A DNA stretch of 64,000 nucleotides from Tubulanus polymorphus (lineage: Eukaryota; Animalia; Nemertea): contig NC_134032.1 in NCBI RefSeq assembly GCF_964204645.1, positions 11,520,275-11,584,274 on the forward strand, read 5' to 3'. The stretch's first letter is position 1; the number at the start of each line of letters is the position of its first letter. Of this stretch, positions 13,134-27,242 are shown piece by piece. A program made the translations under genes and the position numbers. Below the pieces are notes generated by a model, which saw nothing but the letters and a program-made list of their open reading frames with translations, was not told the DNA's origin and did not search any database.

Positions 13134-14281
13134 AGCCCTATACCCAGTGTGTATAGAACCTTAACGATCGGACCCAGTTTTCAAACAGTAACCTCTGAAC
13201 CTAGCTTAACTCATTTGTCATTTAACAATGTAGCACCCTTCACAAAACTATTGGACCCAGTGTCAGTTTGTAGAACCTGATTGGACCGAGTTGAACCTGG
13301 AAATAAAACTATAGACTGTGATGCTTAGATTGGGCTAAGATCTTGTATTGACTGGAGTCGTTTTATTACCGAAGTGAACTCGAAAAACTGGTTTTTGGTG
13401 TAAACCAGGGTCTGGATAAAAAGTTGTATTTTCATCAAGTATATAATGTATAGTATGTTTCGATCCCAGATTCTTTGTTTCCAAGATGATTATCATCAAT
13501 ATTTCTTGGCACTGGCCAAGATAGATACGTAGAGGGATAGACTTTTGTTTCCCTGTAAATTTTTGGTTTTCTTTTTGTCGAGCATCTTTATGAGTTACGT
13601 GTAATTATGTTAGCCAGTTCAACAGTTGAGTTAAAATGAGTTCAAATATTGTTAACCTTTGACGCAAAATCGTGGAACCGGGTCCTGCGTATATAAACTG
13701 ATTTTGTGAGTTATGATAGAATTTGAAATTCAATCGAGTTATTGTTCTATTATTTGTGTTGGTCTTATGTGAAAACGTTGATGTACAGTTTGTAATTGTT
13801 CAATTCGATGCCTCTAAAAATGGCTTATCGTAAATGACACGAGCGAATGAATTGTTTCTTTGCTAAAGTTTTGAAAATAAAGAGTTTTTCATATGAAAAT
13901 CATACATTTTCTTTCTTGTTCTATTTATTTCTTGCTGCTAGAATGAGGATTATTTTCTCTCGCTGATATTGAGGCTGAGGATTGAAGGAACAATTATGTC
14001 TGACTTTTAACTAGGATTTTGTCGACTAGAGCTTCCATTAGTTCCAGAGGGTACCACCATCTTAAAGGGGTTATGCGTATGTGGCGGCCAGATGACGTGC
14101 TGTGACGTCATGTGCATATCATCCATTCCGACTGATGGATTTCCTTCGGCTTCTGAAGAAGGACCAAACGTCCCTTCGCCCGACTTCTTTGAATGTCCAA
14201 TTATCTATATTTATGTAGCATCTTGTAACAGCGTTTTCTGTTGATGAAAAAGAATTTATACATTTTTCCGCAATTTTGCAG

Positions 14282-14520
14282 GTGAAGGCTGCAGTCCAGT
14301 TGGTAGATGGAGAAATACAGTCAAACGAACGCGTCCGCCCAGACCTTACAAGTGTAGCTTATGTAACAAAGGATTCCCGTCGAGAAGCGCTTGTCAAACT
14401 CACATCCGCGTACATACTGGCGAGCGCCCGTACGCCTGTCATCTCTGCCCCAAACGATACAAACAGAAAGTCGATTTGAAAACTCACATGGCCGGAAAAC
14501 ATGATTATTTCCTTCTGTAA
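14282..14520 (+). CDS. Alternative terminal exon, 2 C2H2 fingers, missed by the ORF track (which shows another frame)
   Basis: ttttgcag|GT; EGCSPVGRW...YKCSLCNKGFPSRSACQTHIRVHTGERPYACHLCPKRYKQKVDLKTHMAGKHDYFLL*. Confidence 0.85.
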
Positions 14521-15090
14521 AGAGACAAGATTAGAAACTGGCGAGGGATTTATTTGGGACGTTAGTGGCCTCGTGTGAGGCCGGACTTCTTAACTTGAAC
14601 TTGAACTTGAAGATGTTTAAGGCCCTAACGGGTCTGTTCGTCATTCCGATTTTTGTAGCTTCATTGATTTTATGCGGCATGCGTGGCTCTAAATGTTTGT
14701 GGCAAACTTATATAACTAGTGCATAAGTTTAGGTCTGGCAGATTGGAACGTAGACACTTGCCAGGTCCTTCCAATGTATGTCGAATCTAGCCTTGAAGCA
14801 AAGTGTATTGCGCTTACGTGAGCTCGTGGCCTCACGCGAAGCTGGATCTAGAGCCAGTTTATTCCTTTTGTCGATTTTCATTCATTTATCTATATAAACA
14901 GTTTATGCGTCGCGAGTTTCATCAACGGACCGGTCGTGCCTCTTTCCCCTCTCTAGCTGTGAATCGTTCTCAAACGGCGGATTTTGCTGCGGACCCTGTA
15001 CTGTTTACTAGGTGGTCTCCAGTTCCATTATCACCAATACATTAACATTAAGCAATATTAACCAGTTTTTACTTTATCGTGTAATTGCAG

Positions 15091-15440
15091 ATATGTTCGG
15101 GCCGCTGCAAATCTCACCGCCGAACACCGCTCGACACTTCGACCCCGCACAGATGCTGGATCGGAGTTCATACCAACCAGGAGGACATGTAGAGCGGCGA
15201 CCCGGAGCTCGGCTCCTCGAGACCGCTCCGCAATTACCCAACGGCTATTCGTGTCAGTTCTGCTTCAAAAGTTTCCGAACTCCGTCGAAGTTGAATCGAC
15301 ATCTCGTCGTCCACACCGGAGAACGACCGTTTAGATGTGTCGTCTGTCCGAAGTCTTATAGTCAGAAGGTTCATTTAACTAATCATATCAAACGGGCGCA
15401 TCCGAACTTCGATTTGGACCGATGTCAAATCAATTTTTAA
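15091..15440 (+). CDS. Alternative terminal exon, 2 C2H2 fingers
   Basis: aattgcag|AT phase 1; AATAAA at 15535. Confidence 0.82.
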
Positions 15441-15878
15441 CGCTTTGGACGAGTTTTTTTTCTTGAATCAGTACATGTATGTCCTTTTGTTCAATTTATA
15501 TATCATGAAGCATGTCTTAGTAATACGGCTTGAAAATAAACAGTTTTTATAATTAAATCGATCAAATGAATTTTGAATTATTTTGTGGTTTTGCACTGGC
15601 TTTAAAAAACATGCACAGGCTACCCAATCTGAGATCTGCGACCTTGTATCTGCCGAACATCCAAGAAAGGAGCCGATGAATCGTTAATACCAAGGAATTT
15701 ACCTTTTTGTGCCCAATTCTGGTATCCAGTCACGACTGCACAAGTGAGCAGTCATTACAAACAAGTTGGGGTCCGGGGTGAATCGAGATATTTTCATTCA
15801 ACAATCTTGAAACACTTCATAATTTGTAAATATCCAGTCACCCCCTAAAACCGTTAATTTCAATCGTTATCATTTCAG

Positions 15879-16192
15879 AAAATGACAGAAATATGTTCTA
15901 CCGGCACCTCAATATCTCGTCTAAACTGGAACAAAATTCGTCTACACACCTCTTAACAGGTGGTGTCGACGACAGACCGACAGGAAGTGGACCGCCTATG
16001 TATTCTTGCGCGGTGTGTGGAAAACAGTTCACCGCCCCGGCTCGAGTCAGACGACACATGGTAGTACACACGGGAGAAAGGGCATTTAAATGTTTGATTT
16101 GTCAGAAATCCTACACCCAGAAAGCAACGTTAACTAGTCATATGAGAAGAATACACCAACTTGTAAATTTCCAATTCAGTGATCAAATTTAG
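15879..16192 (+). CDS. Last cassette of array 1, 2 C2H2 fingers
   Basis: catttcag|AA phase 1; AATAAA at 16497. Confidence 0.82.
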
Positions 16193-16632
16193 TAAATCTC
16201 TTTAATCACCTTGATCATCCATTTGATATATTTCCTCAATATTTTTCCTACAGGTGTCCTACGCCATTCTCTCTAGGTTACCACCACTCTGAACGGAATT
16301 CCGTATATTATTTCTAAGCTACGTACATAGGTGTTCATTTTAATTGTTTTGAAATTCGATCCTAACGCCAAGATTCTCTCTAGGTTACCACCACTCTGGA
16401 ACAGAATTCTAACATTTTCAGAAATCTAAAATTTTCGTAGTTGTCATTTAAACAATGTATTTGATGATGTGACGATGTTCTTGGATTTGCATGTAGAATA
16501 AATAAATTATAAGTTCAAGCGTTGTAACTTTTTAATTTGTTCGGTTGATGCTGAATGGAGGATGAAGTATGCCTTAGGTTCCAGCCCAGTCCCCGTGCAT
16601 GCTAAGTGGAGCGAAGGGTATTGATTCTGGGC

Positions 16633-17461
16633 CAGGGGCGGATCCAGGGGGATGGGTAGACAGTATTGGAAGGAAATTTAAGGGCACCTTTCTGATCTTA
16701 GGGCACACCCAGTATCCAGGTCAATGCGAGCGCCGAAGGTGCAAAGTCCTTAGAGGGGGTCTGGAAAATTTTTGAAAATATGGTACCATTTAAAGGCTTT
16801 TAGAGGGCTTCTAGAGGCTAACAGAGCAATCCAGAATAAACGAATTCGAGACAAGATTTCAACAGATGTAGATAAAAAATGAAGCTGGCGAACCCATGAA
16901 AGAATGGTTGTCGCCAACTTCGCCTAGTGCCCCTATAATCTTTAAAAGTGCTCCTTAACAATTATACAGAATACGGCTAAGTGCCCCTTCATTGTTAACA
17001 ATCGGCAAAAATTGCCTCGTCTTCACATTTATCTTTATGTCGTGTGCCATTTTCCAAACCAAAAGTGCCCCTAAAATTTTAAAAATTAGGCAAAAAAGTG
17101 CACTTTTCTTCAACATTTTCCGCGTATAGTGCCCTCTTCTAAAGTACGAGTGCCCCTTTAGCCCTCCCTGAAAAGGCAAGGACAAGGTGCCCTCATCTAA
17201 AGCATGAGTGCCCCTTGCAAAAGGAAAGTGCCCTTTTTAATTTATCATGATTAAAGGCTTTACAAATATGATTATCTCTCCTCACTTTCTCGGCAGCAGT
17301 ATATACCGATTAATTTTATAATTATGCCCGGATTACGGACACGGAATTAGCGGTTGCTGAAATAATGCCGTCAAAAATATTGCGGGTGAAATTTCGAAGG
17401 GCACTTAAAAATTCTAGACCGTATTGTGCAATACGGCTAATACGGTCTGGATCCGCCCCTG
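16633..17461. mobile_element. Non-autonomous DNA transposon (MITE) with CAGGGGCGGATCCAG TIRs
   Basis: Perfect 15-bp TIRs; tgggc directly flanks both ends; internal gtgccc/gggcac repeats; related end at 28968-29075 and related ggatccgcc ends near 58090 and 60920. Confidence 0.75.
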
Positions 17462-19266
17462 TGGGCGGTTTTGGATGCCGATCGGTGGATAAAAAAGGAA
17501 GCACCTCAGATTCGAATGACAATGCTGAGGTAGTTATAGAAGTGGTCCGGATCCTGCCTTATACAGGCCCACAGTCATTCTGTGATGACAGTTCTGTCAC
17601 TCGCGTTGTCCTTTTTTCAAACAAACACTACCCAATGGGGATATTGTTTCCCCCATAGAAAGAGTACTTGCACCGCGATAGTACAAATTTGTTGAGACTT
17701 ATCTTCCATAGAATTGTTAACACCGGGGCTTTGATTGAATTGCGCAATCCAATCATTTTCTGCTTCATCATTATATTCCATGTACATGTACTTTGGCTGG
17801 CAAATTTTTGAAGGCTTAATGCTGGTGAATCACATTATGAAAATTGAATGCGGACCCGTTTAAATGTAGTCGGTAACCTGACTGTGGTTTAGTTTCACGA
17901 TCGGATATTTTCACAAACCACAAACGATTGCTATAAGCCCATCCGATTATAAAAAGCTTAAACGATTAGGTAACCAGTAACTAGTTTAAATGAAGCCCTC
18001 GGGCTTAGCCGACTCTGCTTAGTTTATTTCATCATTGTTTTGTTTCAACCACGAGGATTTCGTCGAATAGTGCGCTTAATAAAGCGTTTTAGTGATTAAT
18101 TTAGTACGATACGATATTCGCGGCCCTCTCCGCGACGGCCACTGATTCCCCGGCTCGTATCCTCATGGACAGACTGACCCTGTACGCATGATTTGATACC
18201 GCCATACTCTGACCAAAATCAAAAATTGGGATAAGTAAATTGGAACATCAAGAAACGAAATTCTAATATGAACTTTCCTAAATTTACATGATGATGTACC
18301 GTTTAATCTCCAGTTGAGTATCAAAATTAAAGAAAATAATTTGTTTTTTTTAAATTATGAGTGGTAAGCATGAAGTTTTTGGCAGAATTTCAGAGGATCG
18401 GTGCTCCAAGTAATTAAAAATGCCTCATATGTCTCCCCTCAATTGAATCGAGGAGTTTTTTTTAATGAAAATCTGTCTATTGACGGGATTCTGTGATAAC
18501 AGTATGAATGATGAATAATCGTGAATGCATGGTATTAGTGGGTTTTCCCCCAATGACTCAAATAGACCGCTTTCCTCGTGCATGTGAGGTAGTTATCTCG
18601 GGGTGCATGAACTGTCCGTGACTAAAAAAACTAATTTCATTAGTAAATGTTTACGCGGTTTCTATGATAGGAAGACCTGTGTTGGTGTGAATCTTTAACT
18701 GGAAGTGCTATCGGTCGGTATAATTTATAAATTATTCTAGAATTTAAGAAAAAAAACAGGCGGATGCTTATAAATTCGGAAGTAGCTGTTGGGAATCAAG
18801 TAATTTATTTCATGGCCTTATTAAAGTTCCTCCACTATATTGTTCAGCTGACTACTGGCGCGTATTCAACCCGGCGGTGGAACCTCATAATGTAAATCCA
18901 TTCAACAATAGAGACACAATTGGGGGTTTTCAGAGTTGTTGATATCATTCTGACACGCGCTATTGAATACGTCACCGGCTGACCACGGTGTACACAAGCA
19001 TAGACCATTCACCTCAGCTTACTCACACTGTGAACATGCTACCGTGGATTCTCCTCCTGGCGATTTTCGCTGCGCTCCCGCTCCTGCTCCTGTTCCTGCT
19101 TCCTGAGGAATGACGTCTTTATGTTTTATGTGTTACTGTTTGTCTCTGTGCTGTCCTGTACTGTTCTGTGTTAATTAATCCGTTCTATTTTTCAGCAATT
19201 AACCCGTTTTGTTTTTCAGGGCCGATTTCTCTGTCGAATTTCAACGTTTGGTGGAACAAAACTAAT

Positions 19267-19340
19267 GTCCGAAAGCGTCAGCTCTCCTTCGCCGGTCATG
19301 TGTCGAGGATGTCAGACAAAGAGTCGGTCAGGAAATTCTG
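19267..19340 (+). mobile_element. Tiny non-LTR (RTE-like) reverse transcriptase C-terminal remnant
   Basis: VRKRQLSFAGHVSRM resembles the R-x-x-x-L-x-W/F-x-GHV-x-RM motif of LINE ORF2. Confidence 0.5.
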
Positions 19341-19499
19341 CCCTCTACACGCCCTCATACGGAACACGAAAACCAGGATGACGAGGCCTCACTGCCCCCA
19401 CCTATCTACATAGTGTGCTGAGTGATGTCAATGACGGGCATATCTGCGGGATTGCGCGGGATACAAATGGAGCGGTTATACTGGATTGTCACGCCACTA

Positions 19500-19765
19500 G
19501 CATTCATTGGTCCTTGTGACCGCCCGGATGAGGGATGATTCTACTGTCACGCCCTTTGTTTCTGGTATTCTGAGTCGGCTGAGGGATGATTCTACTGTCA
19601 CGCCCTTTGATTTCTAGTTTGAGTGCTAGTTTTCATTGTGTCCTTGTGACAACCCCGGTCAGTGGATGAAGTCTCTTGTCGGCTTGTGAGTGCTAGTTTC
19701 ATTGTGTCCTTGTGACAACCTCGGTCAGTGGATGAAGTCTCTTGTCACGCTTTTGAGTGCTAGTT
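19500..19765. repeat. Short local tandem duplications (~50-67 bp units)
   Basis: gagggatgattctactgtcacgccctttg x2; gagtgctagttttcattgtgtccttgtgacaacc...gtctcttgtc x2. Confidence 0.8.
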
Positions 19766-22700
19766 GAGATCCTGAATCTCGCCCGGTCAAGCTGGTTGTA
19801 CTGCGCTATTTGTGTTTCGAGCAATTTTACAGGTGTGTCAGTTACTGACGTCGCCCAGTACATCCTGCAGTTAGATGGGGAATGTGAGGCGTTGTCATTC
19901 TGGTTTTCGCGTTCTGTGTGAGGGCGTGTAGAGGGCAGTATATTCCTGGCTGGCTCATTGTCTGGTGTTCTCGGCATTTGACCGACGACAGAGAGCTGAA
20001 AAGCTTTCAGACATTAGTTTTGTTCCGTACCAGGTTTTCATCGCTCTTCTCTTTTTTTCCTTTCAGGACTCCCAAGATGAAGAAGAAGATGCTGAAGGTG
20101 ACTACAACGAAGACGATGCCAAAAAAGAACACTGAACTCAGCAATATTGAAAGTTAAGTTGATACACATGTAAATTACGATGCGTGATACGGAAAGGATT
20201 GTGTAACTACAGAATATCGTTCTTTTACTCATTTCAGGTTAATCCGGAAAGGCCCATCTAAAGTCTGCCCACCAGAAGTGCCCACAAAAGACTCCACCTT
20301 GAAGTACCACCAAACACCGAAAGACCTGTCGCAACCAAACCTGGCAGTCTTGCATGGCTCATCCTGCATGGCAACAGGAATACATACATACATAAAGCTA
20401 AGTTGATTTTTCATATCTGGGGTAGAATGATTAGGCGCTGGTCAAGCTCATCATCTCCGCTCTACTTTATTGAGGCTCTGTGGCCGGTAGTAAATTGAAA
20501 TATAGCTAGCCAATGATTGCTTGAATATTTACAATATTAGACGAAATGATTGAGTGAGGTCCCTTAAATATTCTTTGGTCTGATAATTATAATGTAGATT
20601 GGTCAGTTATTGATTAAAAGATTTTGTAAGTACGTACAATTAAGGGAAATTCAATATCTTATGTGACATTTGAAATTATTCGAATGTACCGTAGATATTT
20701 CAGCCCTCATATGACTATTGTTTAACTGACAATCAAGATCTAGGCAGGACAATTTCTACTAAAAGATATATCAATTAAACTTTATCGTTGGTTGATAGAT
20801 TTTTCTTTACAAATAATATATTGATAAATTTATTAAGATTGAGGCCATACTTTACAATATATACTGTGTGCTGCCTCACACATAACAGTTATGAATTTCA
20901 TTAGATAGTGTCTAGGGCTCTACCGAGGTCTGGTGTCATATTGGGAAAACTATGGACTACAGGTCTTTATGAAACAGTGATTTGGTCTCAACACTTTGAT
21001 AAATCCAGAATAAACCAAAGCTTTAATTGATTTAATTCATTCCTGAAACACTGCGTCTTGTTTTGGGCGACGCATGATAATTGTTGTTTGACTGACAATT
21101 AGCATACAGCCAAGAAAAATGGCTTAGATATTCACAATTGAGATGAATTCAATATTTGATGTTAGATCAAAAACTTTTTATATCATAAATATTTATTGAA
21201 ATATAGCTGAAATATATAATATATTTGAGCACATCTATAAGTGAATCAGTCTCATTGACTGATCAGTTCTGTATCGCCAACTGCCGCGCTTACGACGACT
21301 AGCCATGCTTTTCATTATTGGCAAAATTTACTCAAACCTAACTGATTCAATTAATATCTAAAAGCCATACTGTGTGTCAAGTGACGCATATTAGATATAG
21401 TTTAATTGAAAATTAGAATCTAAGATGAATTACTCATTAACGTATTACTTAGATCGATTAAGGTTAATTCAATTGTTATGTGAAATTATTTCTAATTCCA
21501 TGGACATTTAAAATGTAGCTGATACATGTGTATCTGAGCACATTTATTTATCTGTATCTAAGTGAACCTATGGTGTCTTCACACAGCTGTATTAGTTTTG
21601 ATACATATTGCCAAAATCATTTAACGCAGATTTACTTCCGATCGAATCTGTGCACAAATACATTTCTGGATTTGGAAGGGGGAATATTTCAATTTCACTG
21701 TGTATGTCAGATTGAAAGCCTTATTCTGACAGGATATCCTAAACTTAGGTCTTATTCCTCTTGCTAATAGCTCTCTTTTACTAACCCCTCTCCTTCGAAC
21801 TATTTTGTAGCATCATGACTCGCACCGCACCAGGGTGGTCCGGTCATAACAAGGTCTTTTGGTCCTTATACACAGTGTACTATATAAGGGAAATAAAGAT
21901 TATATAGCCATTCGGCTAAGGGAATTTCTAATTTACCACTAAAAATATGCTTTTTTATCTTTAATTTCTGATGAATTCAAATAGTAACGAATTCGCCACA
22001 TCTGAAATTCTACTCATGTAGATTTTCAGGCTCCATATAAATATTGTTCAACTGACAATTAAAATATAGCTAGTATGATTACTAATTAATGGTTCGCTTA
22101 GATACCTAGAATTTAATTAAATTTAATTCAATGTAATGAATATAAGTGAAACAAAATTGCACAGTGGATGAGACGACTGTATCGCGCAATGTCATCTGCG
22201 TCTAACTGGGCCACATGTGTGTGTGTGGGATCTGTTGAATCAGTTAGGTTCTGGGGGATTCTGGGTTAGTTAAGCTAGGTATCAAAAGCTCTGATGCAAA
22301 ATTAGCAGTTCAAATAGTGATTAATTCAAATTCGTACCGGATCTGAAATTCTTCTCGTGTAGAAATTTCAAGCCCCATATAAAATATTGTCCGAGACAAT
22401 TTCAATTATAGCTAGGACATTATCAATTAACTTATAGATTAGGTATCTAATTCAGCATCTTCATATAAGGTAAAAGTGCTCAAATCTAAACCATAGGGGT
22501 TGATATGTATAATTCAATATTGGTTGATATATAAAGAATACTGGGTATGTTTTAACTCTGTCTCTTGTGCGTGGGATTTATTGAATCTTTAAGGCTTTGC
22601 AGAATTCTGGATTTGTCGAGTTGTGGGAATGATTCGAGGTTTCTTAAATCTGTAGAACCATGTTACTTATAGGATCAGTGTGCACAATGCTGGCAGCGCA

Positions 22701-23475
22701 CTCACTCTTCAGTTAGTTATATTATCATAATTACAAAATCATTGTATATATAAGGAGCAATATTTAGAATTAATGAAATGGATTAGAATACCATTCACTG
22801 GGTACAGATGTCGCCATCTGTGGGTAGAAAACATCTCTTAAGTTTATTAACTGACGACGAAGTAAATTTGATAATACGAACATGGTTTAGCTGACAATCG
22901 AAATATATATAGGCCAATATTACTAGCAGGTTTGCACTGTATGATGGGCCTGGGTTTCAATAAAAGACACCTCAAGAATTTCAAGAAGATAGAAGAGAAA
23001 ACAGTTCAAAAACGATTTGATAAGATTGATTATGCATTACTAAATTTGTTTTAACTCTGGTATTCCTAGAGATGACTATAGATGCTTTAGTTGAATTGTT
23101 GTTAAACTATAATAATCAACCATTGCTTAGATATTTAGAATATCGATGAATTACTATATGAGTTTCATAAATATCATTTAAGACTATTATTAAAATCTAC
23201 GTATCGATCCACGTTGCTGATCTTATATATGAATTGACATGATAATTATGATCAGTGATATTCCAAAGGATTTTCTGCTCAAAAGGTTCTGCTCTTTTCT
23301 TCAGCTTGCCGTTTCAGACTGATTGGAAGATAGTTTGAATGAACCGGAATCGAATTTCCCAATTATGTACTTCGATTTCAGACATACTCGAGAAAAACTA
23401 CAATAAACTTTAAAAAATTAGACAAATTTAAACGGTGAAAATGACAAAAAATTAAAGTTAGACAAAATTCTCCCT

Positions 23476-24110
23476 CCTTGTAAACTTTCGGACTAGTTAC
23501 ATGAAAAAAAGACCAAATATTGTAAAATATAGTTATTTCCAAAGTCTCGATGTATTAAATTAGGCAGAAAAAAATAGATAAAATTATTCAACCTTGTAAA
23601 CTTTCGGACTAGTTACATGAAAAAAAGACCAAATATTGTAAAATATAGTTATTTCCTAAATCTCGATGTATTAAATTAGGCAGAAAAAATAGATAAAATT
23701 ATTCAACCTTGTAAACTTTCGGACTAGTTACATGAAAAAAAGACCAAATATTGTGAAATATAGTTATTTCCAAAATCTTGATGTATTAAATAAGGCAGAA
23801 AAAAATAGATAAAATTATTCAACCTTGTAAACTTTCGGACTAGTTACATGAAAACAAGACCAAATATTGTAAAATATAGTTATTTCCAAAATCTCGATGT
23901 ATTAAATTAGGCAGAAAAAAGTTAACCCCAATCAGTCACTTAATATGTGCTTCGACTATTTAAACGGTGAAAACGACCAAAAAAATTGAAGTTAGACAAA
24001 ATTATTAAACATTGTAAACTTTCGGACTAGTTACATTAAAAAAAGACCAAATATTGTAAAATTATCTTCAACAATATAGTTATTTCCAAAATCAGAATTA
24101 GGCAGAATAA
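23476..24110. repeat. ~116-bp tandem repeat, about 5 copies
   Basis: ccttgtaaactttcggactagttac starts at 23476, 23592, 23707, 23823, with a variant near 24011. Confidence 0.9.
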
Positions 24111-26994
24111 AAGATTGTTTGAATGAACCGGAACCGAATTACCAATTATGTTCTTGGACTTTAAAAAAAGATCTGTAAAAACGACCGCCGATCACGCAAC
24201 TATATCTGTACTTCGATTTCCGATTTTGAAAAAAACCGCCGTATCGCTCCCGCCAGGTGTGGTAGGTTTGTAAGGGACACCAACTCGAAAAGTCAAACGA
24301 GAGCTTGAGGTCAACAACTCATCAAAAATCTGCCAATTAGAGAAAACAGTGCACAGAAACCAACCGACTTAGGAGATCCTCGTCGATGATGAAACCAGCA
24401 TTCATAAAAGGTAACTTGATATACATGGAGTTATTACGATGATTTCTAAATGTCGTGATTACAGGATATATTTATTTACTCATTGCAGCTAAGTTTCAAC
24501 TATAAGAAAGAGACCAGCTTAAAATCAACTACTCATCTGAAATCTACGGATTTGAACAACCCACAGAAGAATCAAACTCATTAGATGGAAATTACCGGTA
24601 TATAGAAATTTCAAGCCTCATATGAATATCATTTGATAAGTGATTATCATCGAAATCTATTTACCTGTCCACATGGCTGATCTTAGAACTTTTATCTTTA
24701 CTAGTCTTGCACCTTGGAGTAATAAATTTTTCAAATGATTACTCCAAGCTTAAACATAAATGAACTAGTCCTACTACTGCAATTATTTATTGGGGTTTAA
24801 ATCGGCAATTGACGTCAATGAACCTAATTCTGATTTTGAAAATAACTATATTAACTAAGTGAAAAACACGGTGGCTTGTAATTTGAAATGACATGTAAGT
24901 TATGATAAATCTGTCTAAAATGTTTTGATTTCTTCACTTTGTTTCAGTCAAACTACGTCCCGGAAATAATGGCCTGAAGAAGACACAAGTAGACAAATAC
25001 CCATTGACCCATTTGCTGATGAAAACTGCAGAAGCCCAGATGAGAAGTTTAGGAGCCAGCGACGGATTAATCACTCAACGATGGAATCTTCTACAATCGG
25101 TGGTTGATTTCTATAAAACATTTTATCAGGAGCAGCAGAGATGATAGTGTATCTTATAAACACTGATTCGCGCAGCAAAGACAATGGATTATCTTATAAA
25201 ATCTGATTCAGGATAAAAACCGAAGCAGCAAAGACAATGGTTTATCTCATGAACACTGAGATCTAGCAGCGGCAAAGACCTCTGTAGTAAAGTATTGATT
25301 TTTTTACTAATATCACCCTTTTTCAGACCAGTCTGATAGGTAACATAGTTTAAAAAATTTACCTGATTGCGTGGAATGGAGTATGAAAATAGTTGTTGAG
25401 TCGAATATTGAAAATAGTTAGATAATTAGTTAGATAATTAGGTTCCTTTGGCCTGAGAAAGTATTAAAACTATTTTATAATGAGTTTGTAAAACGATGTG
25501 TCATGTGTTTTGCAATGGGACAGAAATATCCTTCTTAGAGTCTAATAAAAGCTAAGCTCCATTAATTCACGATATTGGTCTTCGATCTTAGGTTGATAGA
25601 TAAGTCGAGTTGGTTAGTCACTAGGAGTAAATGGTCGCGTCGAGCGCCTAGTTTTGAGTCGTTGGTCTGTTGAGTTAACGCCTAAACTGAGATATAGTTT
25701 CAACATGATATTGTAAGTTTTATTGTGCTTACCATAGTTAAACAGAGTCAACACAGTGGCTTTGCCTTGTAGATATCACATGGTTAGGAAACATAGAACA
25801 TAACGTTCTATGTACAAATAAAAAGTATTTGCAGAATTGTAGATGTACTAATTTGACGGCATTGATATTTTCGAAGGCCCGGTTAACCAATTTGAGAAAT
25901 GAATCATATATGTCGATTTTCACATGGAGTTTTAATTTTGAGCCTCCATCAATCTGTTCGATGCTACGTATTTGAAAGCAAAAGCTTTATCTAAAAAGGA
26001 GACCATTATTTACATTTGAGAGGTAAAGTTAAAGTTATAGCTAGGACTAATTTTGAACGTTTTAACATTGTTTATAGCTGTTTGAACTTCTTTTATTGTA
26101 ATGGTTTATCGAACAACCTTCCCTAAGTATAGCGAAAACCCGATATCTTTTCTGTTGTTGTTTTTAGCATTCTATCAACTCAGTTATTGTAATAAACAAA
26201 ACAAATAACTATAAACCTTAACTAAATCGAATAACTGATATGATAGAATGCTTTGAATAACTGTGATGAAAGATCGACCCGTCCTTAGAACTAGCTGCGC
26301 TCAATCACTGCTGTGACTGTTTATTGTTATACTTGGGTAGACTTACCTAAAATCATGTACATACATTTGACTTTTTAGAAAGAATTTAAAACACCTATAA
26401 ACTTAAGTTATTGATGTTATCGATTACTTACCGATTGTATAATTATGTTGATGTTTTCGAAACTGGAAGAAAAAACGTCAGAATAGTTAGTATTTAATGC
26501 CAAGGTGCTTTAAAATTTTTAAGTCGGGGCAAAGTTGGCAAAATTCTAGTTTTCAAGTGAAAGTAATGTTTACGAAAAAGAAATTAAGAATGATAAATTG
26601 ATACTCCAAGATTTCTGGAGTGAATCAGTATATTTCATCTCTAGTTTTAACGCTTTATGTTATTGTAATACAGTTCACGTGTTTGTAAATTAGGAACTTA
26701 CATGATGATTCCTCGATTAAGATATTATTGTTGTGTGAATAAAACAATGTACATTTTCATCATTCATGTTGAACCTTTTCAGTTGTTAAGTTTTATAGCA
26801 ACAATTTCACTTTGGTGCTTATCAGTCGTTCATAAAATACTGATTTAATTAAGGCCCTGTTGAAAATAGAGGATAACTTGTGGATGCAGTGCTAATTGGT
26901 CAATCGTCCAAGCTTTGTTTTGATTATCGGTTTAACCGCGTCTGTGTGGGGCCTGTAATGTCTGGACAAGAAGAATTTCCTTTATAATAGTTTG

Positions 26995-27242
26995 CAGGGT
27001 TTGATCTAAGGAATAAATGCCATTCGACCGCAGGGCAAGCATTTGTAATATCGCTTGCCCCCTCAACGTGCCCTACATGAGCAGTCCGATTGTGACATAA
27101 TCATCCCTTGCATCGAGTGGGATAAAAGCTTTGAGATATAGAATTACACAAGCCCGGTGGATGAGCGATAATGATAACCTACTTGCCCTAATGAAAATAT
27201 ACATGTCCCGGGCAATTGAACTAGTGCTTAGATCAGACCCTG
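26995..27242. mobile_element. hAT-like MITE
   Basis: TIRs cagggtttgatctaag / cttagatcagaccctg (15/16); no TSD seen. Confidence 0.55.

Noticed and set aside
16244-16276. Possible extra micro-cassette (cctacag|GTGTCCTACGCCATTCTCTCTAG)
   Set aside because: Only about 7 codons, no finger, lies in a local duplication in a likely 3' UTR
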